DNA of 63,443 bases, the filler included, from Octopus bimaculoides (Eukaryota): assembly GCF_001194135.2 (NCBI RefSeq). It is 5 parts of 4 records of this genome, joined end to end, with 100 filler letters (N's around TTAATTAATTAA, not from the genome) between each part and the next. Parts side by side here need not be neighbours in the genome. Positions count along the whole stretch, not along the records: positions 8,223 to 16,225 come from NC_068986.1; positions 16,326 to 27,163 come from NC_068981.1; 3 more parts are not named here. One strand, given 5' to 3'. Each line of letters opens with the position of its first letter. The first letter of the stretch is position 1. The position numbers and the translations under genes were made by a program. The notes under the pieces are model-generated. The model saw nothing but the letters and a program-made list of their open reading frames with translations, was not told the DNA's origin and made no database searches. Below are positions 12,219 through 23,439 of the stretch, piece by piece.

Positions 12219-12431
12219 AAAGTTAAAGAAGTGATTTTAAATTCCCAAACGCAGAATAATGCTAATACTATAGCCTGATCAGGATAAACTACCCCTATTT
12301 TGCAGAAAAAAGTGTAGGCGGCCAAGGCGGCCAGGCTGGCTGCCTACACTTTTTTCTGCAAAATAGGGGTAGTTTATCCTGTTCAGGCTATATTACTAGC
12401 ATTATCACTTTAAAATCACTTCTTTAACTTT
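12219..12431. repeat. Long palindrome with a perfect 40-bp inner stem (MITE-like)
   Basis: 12280-12319 is the exact reverse complement of 12342-12381; outer arms extend to aaagttaaagaagtgattttaaa / tttaaaatcacttctttaacttt. Confidence 0.9.
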
Positions 12432-14255
12432 CTCAGAAATATTATTATTTCTAAATCGCTCTAAAGGAAACTACGCCCGCAGTACTGGGTATTAATAATT
12501 ATCGCCAAGCTAACATGGTGGTCCAGAAAAATAATTGATATAATAACATGGTGTTGAGCGGGTAATTCTGTGCTGTGGGAGGATGTACTACAAGGCTAAA
12601 ATACCAATTCAACATTATGCAAGCGGGTTTCTATTGTCTCTGGTTCCTTGTCCGGCTACAATGCCTTGCCAAACCCATCTAAACTCCATATCTAGAGCAA
12701 GAGCGGACCGCCTTTCTGCTCGTCCTACTAAGAAGCTACTCAAGACCCTTAGAGAAGGCAGCAATCGTTGGTGACATAGCAAGAAGCTCAAAATGGTGAG
12801 CATAGCAAACGCTGATGGTATATGTGCTGTGAGAAATGTTTCTGTGTCATGAACACATTCTTCAACTCATCGTGACCATTATGCTCTCATATTATATATT
12901 ATAGTCAACTTTTTTAAAGTACTGGGTATGACTTGAAACGACATCCAGAATTAGGGCCCTGGTTCGGGAGTTCTAGCGTTTCGAGGAGTGTAGGACCAAC
13001 TCTTAGCCATTATTGGTCTCAGGTCTACTCTGATCCTGTGTACTACCTGTCAGGGCCCCAGATATGGGTTAAATAGCATGTAACCACCCAAACCAGAGTA
13101 CATTGAAATCATGGGATGCAGCATGATGGATGCAAACGATTTCGGCAGATGAATTTATTGAATCAATGGTGGATAACACTAGATGCTGAGCAGATGAAAC
13201 TGACAGTAAACTATCAATGGCCAGGATCAACCAGCTCAGCTAGCAAACTACAGCTATCATCTGTAGTCGTGGTGTGCGCAGATGAGATATTTCAGTTAGA
13301 GAAAGACCAATTTAAGTAAAATACAGGCCAAATAATCAAGCCTCATCGCTCGTACAGGATATCTAGTGTGGAAAAGTTGCATTAGCCCGGGCATGTCACC
13401 CGACGAGAGAAAAAAAATCCTCTTCAATTTTAGTTTAACTAATATATTTAACTACTTTTAAGACGTTAGATTAGTATTTGAGGATTACTTGGTTGCAATT
13501 TCTTACAGTTCGATCGTTTGCGTAGAGGCTTCCTTGCTATCTTATGTGGTAGTGATTGGTCGATTAGGTAGAGCAGCCGACAAAATGTTTTGCTTTCTGA
13601 TTTCAATTTCAGTCAGAGTCATCTTTGTCTTTCATTCTTACTACTTTGTTAAAATGTAGCATTAGTCAAGTATCTAATTTTATCAACCCCGAATAAAAAA
13701 ATCGACTGCTCCACCTACTTCCTTTGTGGTCATGTGATCAATATTAGAAGCTTTATTAACACTCACAGAAATATTGGTTTTTGATTCGTTTGTTCTTCAT
13801 TCCAACCTGTTTATTTCCTTCTCACAAAGTATTTCTTTATTTAATAAGATAACAATCTACTTAAATATGAAGAAGAGGGTACGCGTGTGAGGTTCAAAAT
13901 TTAACATAACAAAAATAATTAATTCACGACTTTTTAGTATGTCAACAAATAAATGATATTCGTTTATTGCAATATATAACTGCAAACTTGAGATTCAAAA
14001 TTTAAGCTTACAAAACTGGTATTCACTTCGAATTATATACATTCTCAAAGATCATCTTCCTTTTTTATTTTTTCTATGTCACTATATTTAAAAATCACCT
14101 TTATTATAGTTGTTACTCAAGAAAACACTTTATAATAATTTTTGTTTATTAGCATTAACCCAAGTTATTAATGACTTATAGGGACACCGTATTTCGTTAT
14201 GCAACCATAATATACGGCGTATACGACACGGCATTTCGTTATGCAACCATAATAT

Positions 14256-14380
14256 GGCGACGAGCTTGCAGAAACGTTAGCGTTCCGGGCGAAATGCTTA
14301 GCGGTATTTCGTCTATATTTACGTTCTGAGTTCAAATTCCGCCGAGGTCAACTTTGCCTTTCATCCTTTCGGAATCGATG
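14256..14380 (+). mobile_element. SINE family 1, 5' half
   Basis: Head, B-box and start of core. Confidence 0.85.
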
Positions 14381-15903
14381 AACGTTTTAATAAGTCATTA
14401 CCTCGTTCAACTGTATTAGCAGTGCTAATCACATCACTTGTTAAGGTTATCTCTACAGATTTTCTATAGAAATTATAGCCAGCACTAATTTTGTTACGAC
14501 GTTTCGTGACCGAGACGCACGATGTAAAAAAACAACGAAATCGAAGATGAAAAATGGGTACTGGACGTAAATGCCATATTTCAGTTTTTGTTTCTTTTAC
14601 AGCACCCATCCTACTCATTAATTATCCACGAACACATTGCTTAAAAAGCTACTAAATATAACAGTGTAACACTATTGGATATACCAATCTTACATATGAA
14701 ACACATTCCTGTAAGCTGATACGTAAATGTTAAAGAGCTGTAGGGTCACGGCATTTCGTTATGCAACCATTATATACCACAAACTATATTACTCAAGCTG
14801 AACACACCTATTACCACTCTTACTATAACAATAATACCGAATATTATGTTTACCCTTTCTTATATCGCCACATACTAAAAAGGATGCGCCGGGGATCATT
14901 AGACCTGTTAGAAATAGCAACCAAATCTCCCTTAAACCATACCGTCTTAAAAAATGATACGTTGGATAGAATTGACCAGTATATACTGCATCCGAATTAA
15001 AGTCGGAATGGTCATGGCTGGAATACTTTTAATAAAGGTCTGCTTGTTTAGGACCGACCTGAAAAAAAAAATCAAAGCAACAAAACAACAACAGCAACAC
15101 CAACTCTCTTCAATCACTCGATTTGTTCGAATTGACATCCAAATGTCTTTCAAAGTCTTTCATTGGCAGAAATTCCTGTCCCCGATTCAATGAAATATAC
15201 ATGAAGAGGAAAAAATCGAACGTTTCGAGCGGAGCCTTTTTGGAATATCTTGTATTTTACAAATTTTATTGACTAGTTTTATTTTCACCAACTTTTTATC
15301 ACCAATTTTCATCACAGACAACTGGATTGTTTTTTAACCAATGCCTCGGATCGATCAAAACTTCGTGAAGTTTGTTAGATTGAAATTGTGAAAATCTGCA
15401 AGGGAGACCGTTACCTATTCTTGGGTGGTTGACTTAAAACTGTCAGCCGGATCAAAACACTGAGTGACCCAACGCTTTCCTTGAATCTATTTTGTTTCAG
15501 TCATTTGAGCCAGGTTTTCAGACCGAGAACTTTCTTCATTCCTTTATCGTGGAGACCTTAAAAATGTCCATAAGCGCCACCATTCCTACTCCCGCTAAAC
15601 CGTTTGATTTTTTTCCCTTTTAAATATTAATTTCCTTGGATTAGATTTCTCGGGTTGTACTTTCCTCCTGATACATTAGTATTTTACTCTTTTACTGTTT
15701 TCAGTCACTGGACTACGGCCATACTGGGGCAACCAGGGTTTTAGTCGATCATATCGACCTCGGTAAATATTTTAGTCTGGTACTTATTTTGTCGGCATCT
15801 ATTTGTTGAGATATAACATGATGAACAATAACAATAATTCTGAGACTTGTTGTTACCAAACATTAAAATAAAATACCTACCAACTAAATTTGCACGAACC
15901 AGC

Positions 15904-15949
<46 letters not shown>

Positions 15950-15952
<3 letters not shown>

Positions 15953-16225
15953 CAGAGCTCAATGCTAAAACAAGATAATGGGTATCAACACTTTAGCTGT
16001 CCCAGTTATAAGCTACAGCTACAACATCCTTAACTGGACACTAAACGAACTATGTAAAATAGACAGGAAAACAAGAAAAATAATGACAGGATATAGGATG
16101 CACCACCCAAAATCTGACATAGAAAGGCTGTATATACAACGCACAGAAGGTGGCAGGGGTCTTATACAGCTAGAAAACTATTATAAAATAACCACCATAG
16201 GACTGCAAAAATACCTACTCCAGAA
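15950..16225 (+). mobile_element. R4/Dong-clade (RLE) LINE fragment, RT C-terminal part
   Basis: INTLAVPVISYS..LNW....IDRKTRKIM...HHPKSDIERLY..R.EGGRGL; starts directly after (TAA)n, ends at a gap. Confidence 0.8.
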
Positions 16226-16325
16226 NNNNNNNNNNNNNNNNNNNNNNNNNNNNNNNNNNNNNNNNNNNNTTAATTAATTAANNNNNNNNNNNNNNNNNNN
16301 NNNNNNNNNNNNNNNNNNNNNNNNN

Positions 16326-16370
<45 letters not shown>

Positions 16371-16849
16371 TTTTATTCTATTATTTATTTCAGTCATTGG
16401 ACTACGGCCTTGCTGGAGCACTACCTTGAACGGTTTAGTCGAACGAATCGACCCACAGTACTTCTCTTTTTCTTTTCTAACGGCCACTTTGGCCGAACCG
16501 CAAAGTTGGGGGGGACGTAAACAAACCAGCACAAGTTTGTCCCAAACCACCGCTTGACAACCGACGTTCGTTTTGTTTGTGTCCTCGTAAAATAGCAGTT
16601 CGACAAACGTCGTTGATAGAATAAGTGCCAGGCTTTTAGAAAATTTGAGTGCTGAGATCGATTCGTTCAACTAAAACCCTTTAAAGCGGTACCTCAGTAA
16701 GGCCGCTGTCCAATGACTGGGACAAGTAAAAGATAAAAGAGATATGTGTATGTGTTTGTGTGTGTGTGTGTGTCTGTGTGTCTGTGTGCTTACATATATA
16801 AAAGTATACATGTAAAAATATTTATGTATATATAGATATGCATTCGCAC

Positions 16850-16893
<44 letters not shown>

Positions 16894-16975
16894 ACAGTCA
16901 GACTGGCAGATAGATGCATGCGTGTGCGTGTGTATTATGGGATAAATTCAAACAGAGAGAGAGAGAGAGGGAGAC

Positions 16976-17041
<66 letters not shown>

Positions 17042-17502
17042 AGAAAGATAGTTAGAAGGCTGAATGACAAGAGACAGGTGAAGAAAATGAATGAATGAGG
17101 GGATTAATTAATGAATGAATGTGTGAGAAAATGCAGAAAATTGGAGTAAAGGGAAGTAATAAGTAAATATTCGCTTGTCATTAGTAAATATACAGTGAAC
17201 AGCGAATTGTGGTAAAAATAAAAACCAACGTCCATATTCATTGCTCTTCGATAAAACACGCGCTCTCTCTCTTTTTCACTATTCCTCTCTTCGCCTTCCT
17301 CTTGTTGTTTCCTTTCTCTCTCACTTTCTATATTCTTCATCTGTATCTTTTGTTATATATCAAAATGATCGTTATAAATCGATACAATATGTAATTCAAA
17401 TTCATCATCCCTGTCGTATTTGTGCTGAGAACAGGGCGTTATGGATTGCGTGCCTATGTATATACGTGTATCTGTGTGTGTGGTGTGTTTATGTATGTTT
17501 GT

Positions 17503-17559
<57 letters not shown>

Positions 17560-18801
17560 CAATTAAACCTTGGGAGAGGCATTATGCCGGTAATAAACAC
17601 ACGCACTGGTTCAGTCCTTTATTAATTTATATAGTTTTTTGTTAAATTATTTCATTGCACTCTTGCAATCTCTTCAGTAACTTGTCTCTCCACTTCCATT
17701 TATTTTGAATATATGATCTGGCGTTGTTTTGGCGTTGTTTCGAAACTGTTTGGTATGAGCATGTGAGTGTGTGCAAGCTCGTATGTGTGCACGCTCATAT
17801 GTGTGCACGCACTTATGTGTTCGTGCTNNNNNNNNNNNNNNNNNNNNNNNNNNNNNNNNNNNNNNNNNNNNNNNNNNNNNNNNNNNNNNNNNNNNNNNNN
17901 NNNNNNNNNNNNNNNNNNNNNNNNNNNNNNNNNNNNNNNNNNNNNNNNNNNNNNNNNNNNNNNNNNNNNNNNNNNNNNNNNNNNNNNNNNNNNNNNNNNN
18001 NNNNNNNNNNNNNNNNNNNNNNNNNNNNNNNNNNNNNNNNNNNNNNNNNNNNNNNNNNNNNNNNNNNNNNNNNNNNNNNNNNNNNNNNNNNNNNNNNNNN
18101 NNNNNNNNNNNNNNNNNNNNNNNNNNNNNNNNNNNNNNNNNNNNNNNNNNNNNNNNNNNNNNNNNNNNNNNNNNNNNNNNNNNNNNNNNNNNNNNNNNNN
18201 NNNNNNNNNNNNNNNNNNNNNNNNNNNNNNNNNNNNNNNNNNNNNNNNNNNNNNNNNNNNNNNNNNNNNNNNNNNNNNNNNNNNNNNNNNNNNNNNNNNN
18301 NNNNNNNNNNNNNNNNNNNNNNNNNNNNNNNNNNNNNNNNNNNNNNNNNNNNNNNNNNNNNNNNNNNNNNNNNNNNNNNNNNNNNNNNNNNNNNNNNNNN
18401 NNNNNNNNNNNNNNNNNNNNNNNNNNNNNNNNNNNNNNNNNNNNNNNNNNNNNNNNNNNNNNNNNNNNNNNNNNNNNNNNNNNNNNNNNNNNNNNNNNNN
18501 NNNNNNNNNNNNNNNNNNNNNNNNNNNNNNNNNNNNNNNNNNNNNNNNNNNNNNNNNNNNNNNNNNNNNNNNNNNNNNNNNNNNNNNNNNNNNNNNNNNN
18601 NNNNNNNNNNNNNNNNNNNNNNNNNNNNNNNNNNNNNNNNNNNNNNNNNNNNNNNNNNNNNNNNNNNNNNNNNNNNNNNNNNNNNNNNNNNNNNNNNNNN
18701 NNNNNNNNNNNNNNNNNNNNNNNNNNNNNNNNNNNNNNNNNNNNNNNNNNNNNNNNNNNNNNNNNNNNNNNNNNNNNNNNNNNNNNNNNNNNNNNNNNNN
18801 N

Positions 18802-18838
<37 letters not shown>

Positions 18839-19139
18839 GGCGCGTGGCCAAGAGGTTAGAATCCTGCGCTCACGATAGCTAGATCGTGGAGCCTGCTCGT
18901 GGACTGAGCGGTGTGTTGGGTTCTCGAACAAAGCACTTCATTTCACGTCGCTCCACTCCATTCAGCTGTAAATGGATAACCCTACAACGAACTCGCCTTC
19001 CGATCCGAAGGAATGTTGCCTTACTAGCCAAGCCAGTGGAGTGGCATCATTCCAAGGCTAAAATAATGCAAAGCGCACTGTATTCAGCGATGTATAACAA
19101 CAGCTGACAGGCTGGTCGATCATTAGATTACTTGATTTA

Positions 19140-19286
19140 GTGTGTGTTTGTGTGCGTGTGAGTATGTGTGTGTATGTGCTTGTGTGTGTGTGAGTGTGTA
19201 TGTGTGCGCGTGTACGTGTATGTATGTGTGTGTGTTTGTGTGTGTTTGTTTGTGTTTGTGTGTGTGTGTTTGTGTGTGTTTGTGTT

Positions 19287-19318
<32 letters not shown>

Positions 19319-19440
19319 CGTGTGTGTGTGTGCGTGTGTGTGTGTGTGCGCGTGTATGTGTGTAAGTGTGTGTGTGTGTTTGCGTGTGTTTGCGTGTGTG
19401 TGTGTGTGCGTGTATGCGTGTGTGTGTGCGTGTGTGTTTG
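19140..19440. repeat. Long interrupted (GT)n microsatellite, one of many simple repeats in the window
   Basis: Others: (TTA)n 1-118, (TACA)n 1600-1650, (TAA)n 8435-8535, (GA)n 16955-17040, (TAA/CAA/CAG)n 22955-23075, (CA)n 58451-58534. Confidence 0.95.
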
Positions 19441-19683
19441 TTTTGGTAGAGAAAACAAGATAACCAGAACTTGAAACATGGGTAAATATATTATATTTTT
19501 AATCTCCAGAATTTACAAATTGACTCAAGGGCTGATAGTTTCGTTCCTGCTGCTTATCAGTCATATCAAGTGTATGTATGTAGTCAAATCGAACATTAAA
19601 AATAACAAATAACAAAACAAGAAACGAACGTACATATGGAATTATTAACTTGGCGCTCAGTAAAGGCAGAAAAAAGAGCGGGT

Positions 19684-19720
19684 TCTTCTACGTTTCGAGC
19701 ATAGCTCTTCGTCAGAAAGA
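19684..19720 (-). ncRNA. Minimal type I hammerhead ribozyme (Penelope-like)
   Basis: Minus strand: TCTTT-CTGACGA-A-GAGC-tat-GCTC-GAAAC-GTA^GAAGA; 5-bp stem I, 4-bp stem II, palindromic ACGT at stem III. Confidence 0.72.
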
Positions 19721-20043
19721 TGAGAAAGGAAAGGTCCAGAGAAGGAAGTCCAGGAAAAGCATATGTCTGGTGGTTACATGGTTGCAGGATACATGGATTG
19801 ATGGATATATAAATATACAAAAAGGAAAAACGGTCGGAGAAGCTGACATCGTTTTTCTAGGCCACGTGATCCTTTCGGAAGGAAAGTAGTATTCTGCTTG
19901 TTTAAACTCTTTTCAGAGCCGGTCGAAAATGTAGGTGAAAATTAATATTACTAAAACCTTTTCACGCACCCACTAATCGTGCAATTACGATGAACGTAAA
20001 CAAACAAACGAAGTTTGCTTTTAGAGGTGTTGAGATGTCTTAG

Positions 20044-20208
20044 AAAGTTAAAGAAGTGGTTTTAAATTCTCAAACGCAGGATAATGCTAATAATAATGCT
20101 AATAATAGCCTGAACAGGATAAACTACCCCTATTTTGCAGAAAAAAGTGTAGGCTATATTATTAGCATTATCCTGCGTTTGAGAATTTAAAATCACTTCT
20201 TTAACTTT
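20044..20208. repeat. Second copy of the 12.2 kb palindrome with its centre deleted
   Basis: Same left arm and same upstream flank (acgtaaacaaacaaacgaagtttgcttttaga); left arm fused to the outer right arm at an AGGC microhomology. Confidence 0.85.
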
Positions 20209-20699
20209 ATTAGATTTTATATTTATAAAAAACACAAATTCTATAGACATTATCGAAACAAAACCATTTTCTTTTTGTGTATTCGTTTCTGTTTTCGTTT
20301 TTCTCAAAAATCATGCGAATCTTTGAGTTGTAATATACTGAAAATGATTTTCCATCCAAAAAGCAGAAACTTCACAAACTTGCATTCTCTGGAGTTGTCC
20401 TTATCAAACCTTGCAGGAAAGCAATCGTGGCTTACCTGAGAAAAAGTAGATTAGTAAAATAATCCTAAATATCTCAACCAGGAAAATAATGCAGCTTTTC
20501 TATACAAAAAAATAATGACATCGGTAAGGCATATCCTCCTTTCAAGCATTCAGATATTAACAGCAAGTAACCAAATGTTTACTTTCTTTCTTCTTTAGCA
20601 GTAATTACTTTTCTTACCTTATAGCAAATGCTTAAAACGTGTGTAAGATATGGTTAATATTCTCTTCAGTCTTTCTTTTTGTGGCATCAATATTGATAT

Positions 20700-22220
20700 T
20701 TTGAAATTTACCAAGTTTCCAAAACATTCTAGTCAGATTCAGTGCTGAGTAGCTGATATAGAAGTTTCGTGAACTGTCTAGAATTTCCTAAAATTTTCAA
20801 GATTCTTCTAGAATTTTCCTGTAATCTAAATAGTAATATAAGTACAGAGGCCTTAAACTCATCAGTTCAGTTTAGTTCTGAATGCATAAATGGATAGGTC
20901 CATCTGCATTTGTCAAAAATGGCATCAAGTAGCTGCAAACCTCTTAGAGGTGCATTTAACTGTGTCAATAATTAATTTATCAAGACAGGAGCGAGAAAGT
21001 ACACTATGATAGCATCTGCCAAAATGTGTGACACATCTTAGTATGCTTGTCGGAGATCAAGACAAACTCTGGGCACTTCATTTTCCCAACGAGCACTGCA
21101 AAAATATAAAAATAATTTCTAGGAATTTTACTTCTCCCAAACATCTAGATGCAAGAATGCATCAACTATCATGTAATTAGACGGTCAGATCATCCATTAT
21201 CCATCGCCTCGATGCCACACTAGCCTTAGCTCCGCATATCCATTCTTACAGTGAGAGACGAACCATCATGAAGGGAGAGCAGTCAGAATGGGGGAAGTCG
21301 TTGTACATACAAGTTACAATTTCTGAAGTACAGTTAAAAAGAAAATGTCATACTCAACGACTTAACCAAAGTCTTGATCTTACAAATCTTGGTCTTACAA
21401 GATCTAATGCTGAGCTTTTGATGTCCAGGTTCAAGCAGTAGACTCATTAAATGAAATTGTGAAAATTACATATCCATGAAAATAACATCTGAGATTTTCA
21501 AGGTTCTTCATTTACCATGATGTGTTCTGCTTCTTCCAAAATGCGACCAGTCTGTTCGAAGTCAATGGTATTACTTGTAACTCGAATTAGTGACACTTCT
21601 TCATTGACATCTCATCCAGGATCCTCAAAGCTATGCTGCTCCGTAATAGAAGATATCCGTGACTTATTCAGTACATTTCAAAGAATAATACAGCAGCATC
21701 AACGCCTTGGTAGATTTCTTGAATTCTGATAAGTATGGCTGGTAGATTAATAGAGATTTCAAAATTGTAACGTTTCTGCGGGGGTCTTCAAAGTGGGCTT
21801 CACTATGTTCCCTAGCTACCTTTGCGTTTGGAACTGCAGACACACGACACACTATCCAAGGCAGCAATTTCCTCAACGGAGTAAGTTCTCTTTGAAACAA
21901 AACAACATCAACTGTGAACCATTAGTGGACGCCTGGAATGTGTTGTTCCCAACATTGTGCATAAAATCGGATTTTATAAAACAATTTGTTTCAGTACTTC
22001 ATAAGGAGCCTTTAGCCTTTAAATACCTTCATGAATTCTTCCCTAAGTTACTTGAGACAAAGATGTCTGACAAAGACACTTTTGTCCATGACAACAGGTA
22101 AAGAATATTCCAGAGTACATGAAATTCTTCAAGGTGCGCAGCGCGAAGAAGAAAGTAGCTAATGATGTCTTTGTCACAGTGATTCAACGATTTTTTGGGT
22201 TGTCGCAAAGCAGAAATTTG
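20700..22220 (+). mobile_element. Fossil CMC-superfamily (Chapaev3-like) DNA transposon
   Basis: Stop/frameshift-ridden translation retains GDQDKLWALH..EHC (21052+), LGLTRSNAELLMSRFKQ, FFIDISSRILKAMLL, DFKIV..L..GFTMFPSYLCVW and PLVD..VLFPTLCIK..FIKQFV, which I recognise as degenerate GDQDKxWAPH, FIDSS, CFLC and PPLHIKLG motifs. Family name from memory. Confidence 0.65.
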
Positions 22221-22299
22221 TGGGGGATTGATTGTGAAGAATTATAGCAAGATTCCCTGCTGGATGCTATAGGGGATTTTGTATGATAATCCGGCTGTT

Positions 22300-22953
22300 C
22301 TATAGATCGAGTGTGCTTTATAATAATCCTTTCTACTAAGGGCACAAAGCCTGGCATTTGGGTGGAGGGGACTAGTCGATTATGTCGACACCGGTGTTTC
22401 ACTGGTACGTAATATATCGACCCCGAAAGGATGAAAGGCACAGTGGACATCGGCGGAATTTGAATTCAGAACGTAAAGACGGACAAAATACCGCTAAGCA
22501 TTTTGCCCAGTGTGCTAACGATTCTGCCAGATCGCCAGGTATAAAGCCTACAATTTTAGCTGAGGGGGCTAATCAATTATATCGACCCCAGTGCTCAACT
22601 GGTACTTATTTCTTCGACCCTGAAAGGGATGATATGTAAAGTCTACCTCGGCAGAATTTGAACTCAGAAAGTTCAGACGGACGAAAGACCGCTTAGTATT
22701 TTACCCAGCATGCTAACGATTTTTATTTCTTTATTGCTCACAAGGGGCTAAATATAGAGGGGACAAACAAGGACAGACAAAGGGATTAAGTCGACTACAT
22801 CGACTCCAGTGCGTAACTGGTACTTAATTTATCGACCTCTGAAAGGATGAAAGGCAAAGTGGACCTCGGTGGAATTTGAACTCAGAACGTAACAGCAGAC
22901 GAAATGCCGCTAAGCATTTCTCTCGGCATGGTAACAATTCTGCCAGACCTCCA
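22300..22953 (-). mobile_element. Three tandem SINE family 1 copies
   Basis: Three gaaaggatgaaaggc...aatttgaactcagaacg units in the same orientation. Confidence 0.85.
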
Positions 22954-23058
<105 letters not shown>

Positions 23059-23191
23059 GCAGCAGCAGCAGCAACAATAACGTTGGTATTATTATTGTCT
23101 CCCTCATCTATGCCTCTGTGGCTTATAAAAGGAATTATTATTATTTATATTATTATTATTATCATTATTATTATTATTATCATTATCATCA

Positions 23192-23267
<76 letters not shown>

Positions 23268-23439
23268 CATTATTATTATCAACATCATCGACATCATTAC
23301 TATTATTTATTTTTTTGTCACTAAGTCGACACTAAGAATGAGAAGTACTATACAGACAGACGTGTGTGGGAGATTACAAAGAATCGAATGATAGAAAAAA
23401 TATTTCATGAGATATAGTATACATGATATATAGCAGTAC

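Noticed and set aside
12965-13010. Hammerhead-like CTCGAAACGC on the minus strand
   Set aside because: No CUGANGA core and no stem I pairing.
12550-13400. Short ORFs and possible RTE remnants
   Set aside because: No recognisable motif survives; left unassigned.
14495-14525. GTG...CAC-GAAAC-GTC on the minus strand
   Set aside because: The 3' half looks right, but the upstream core is absent.
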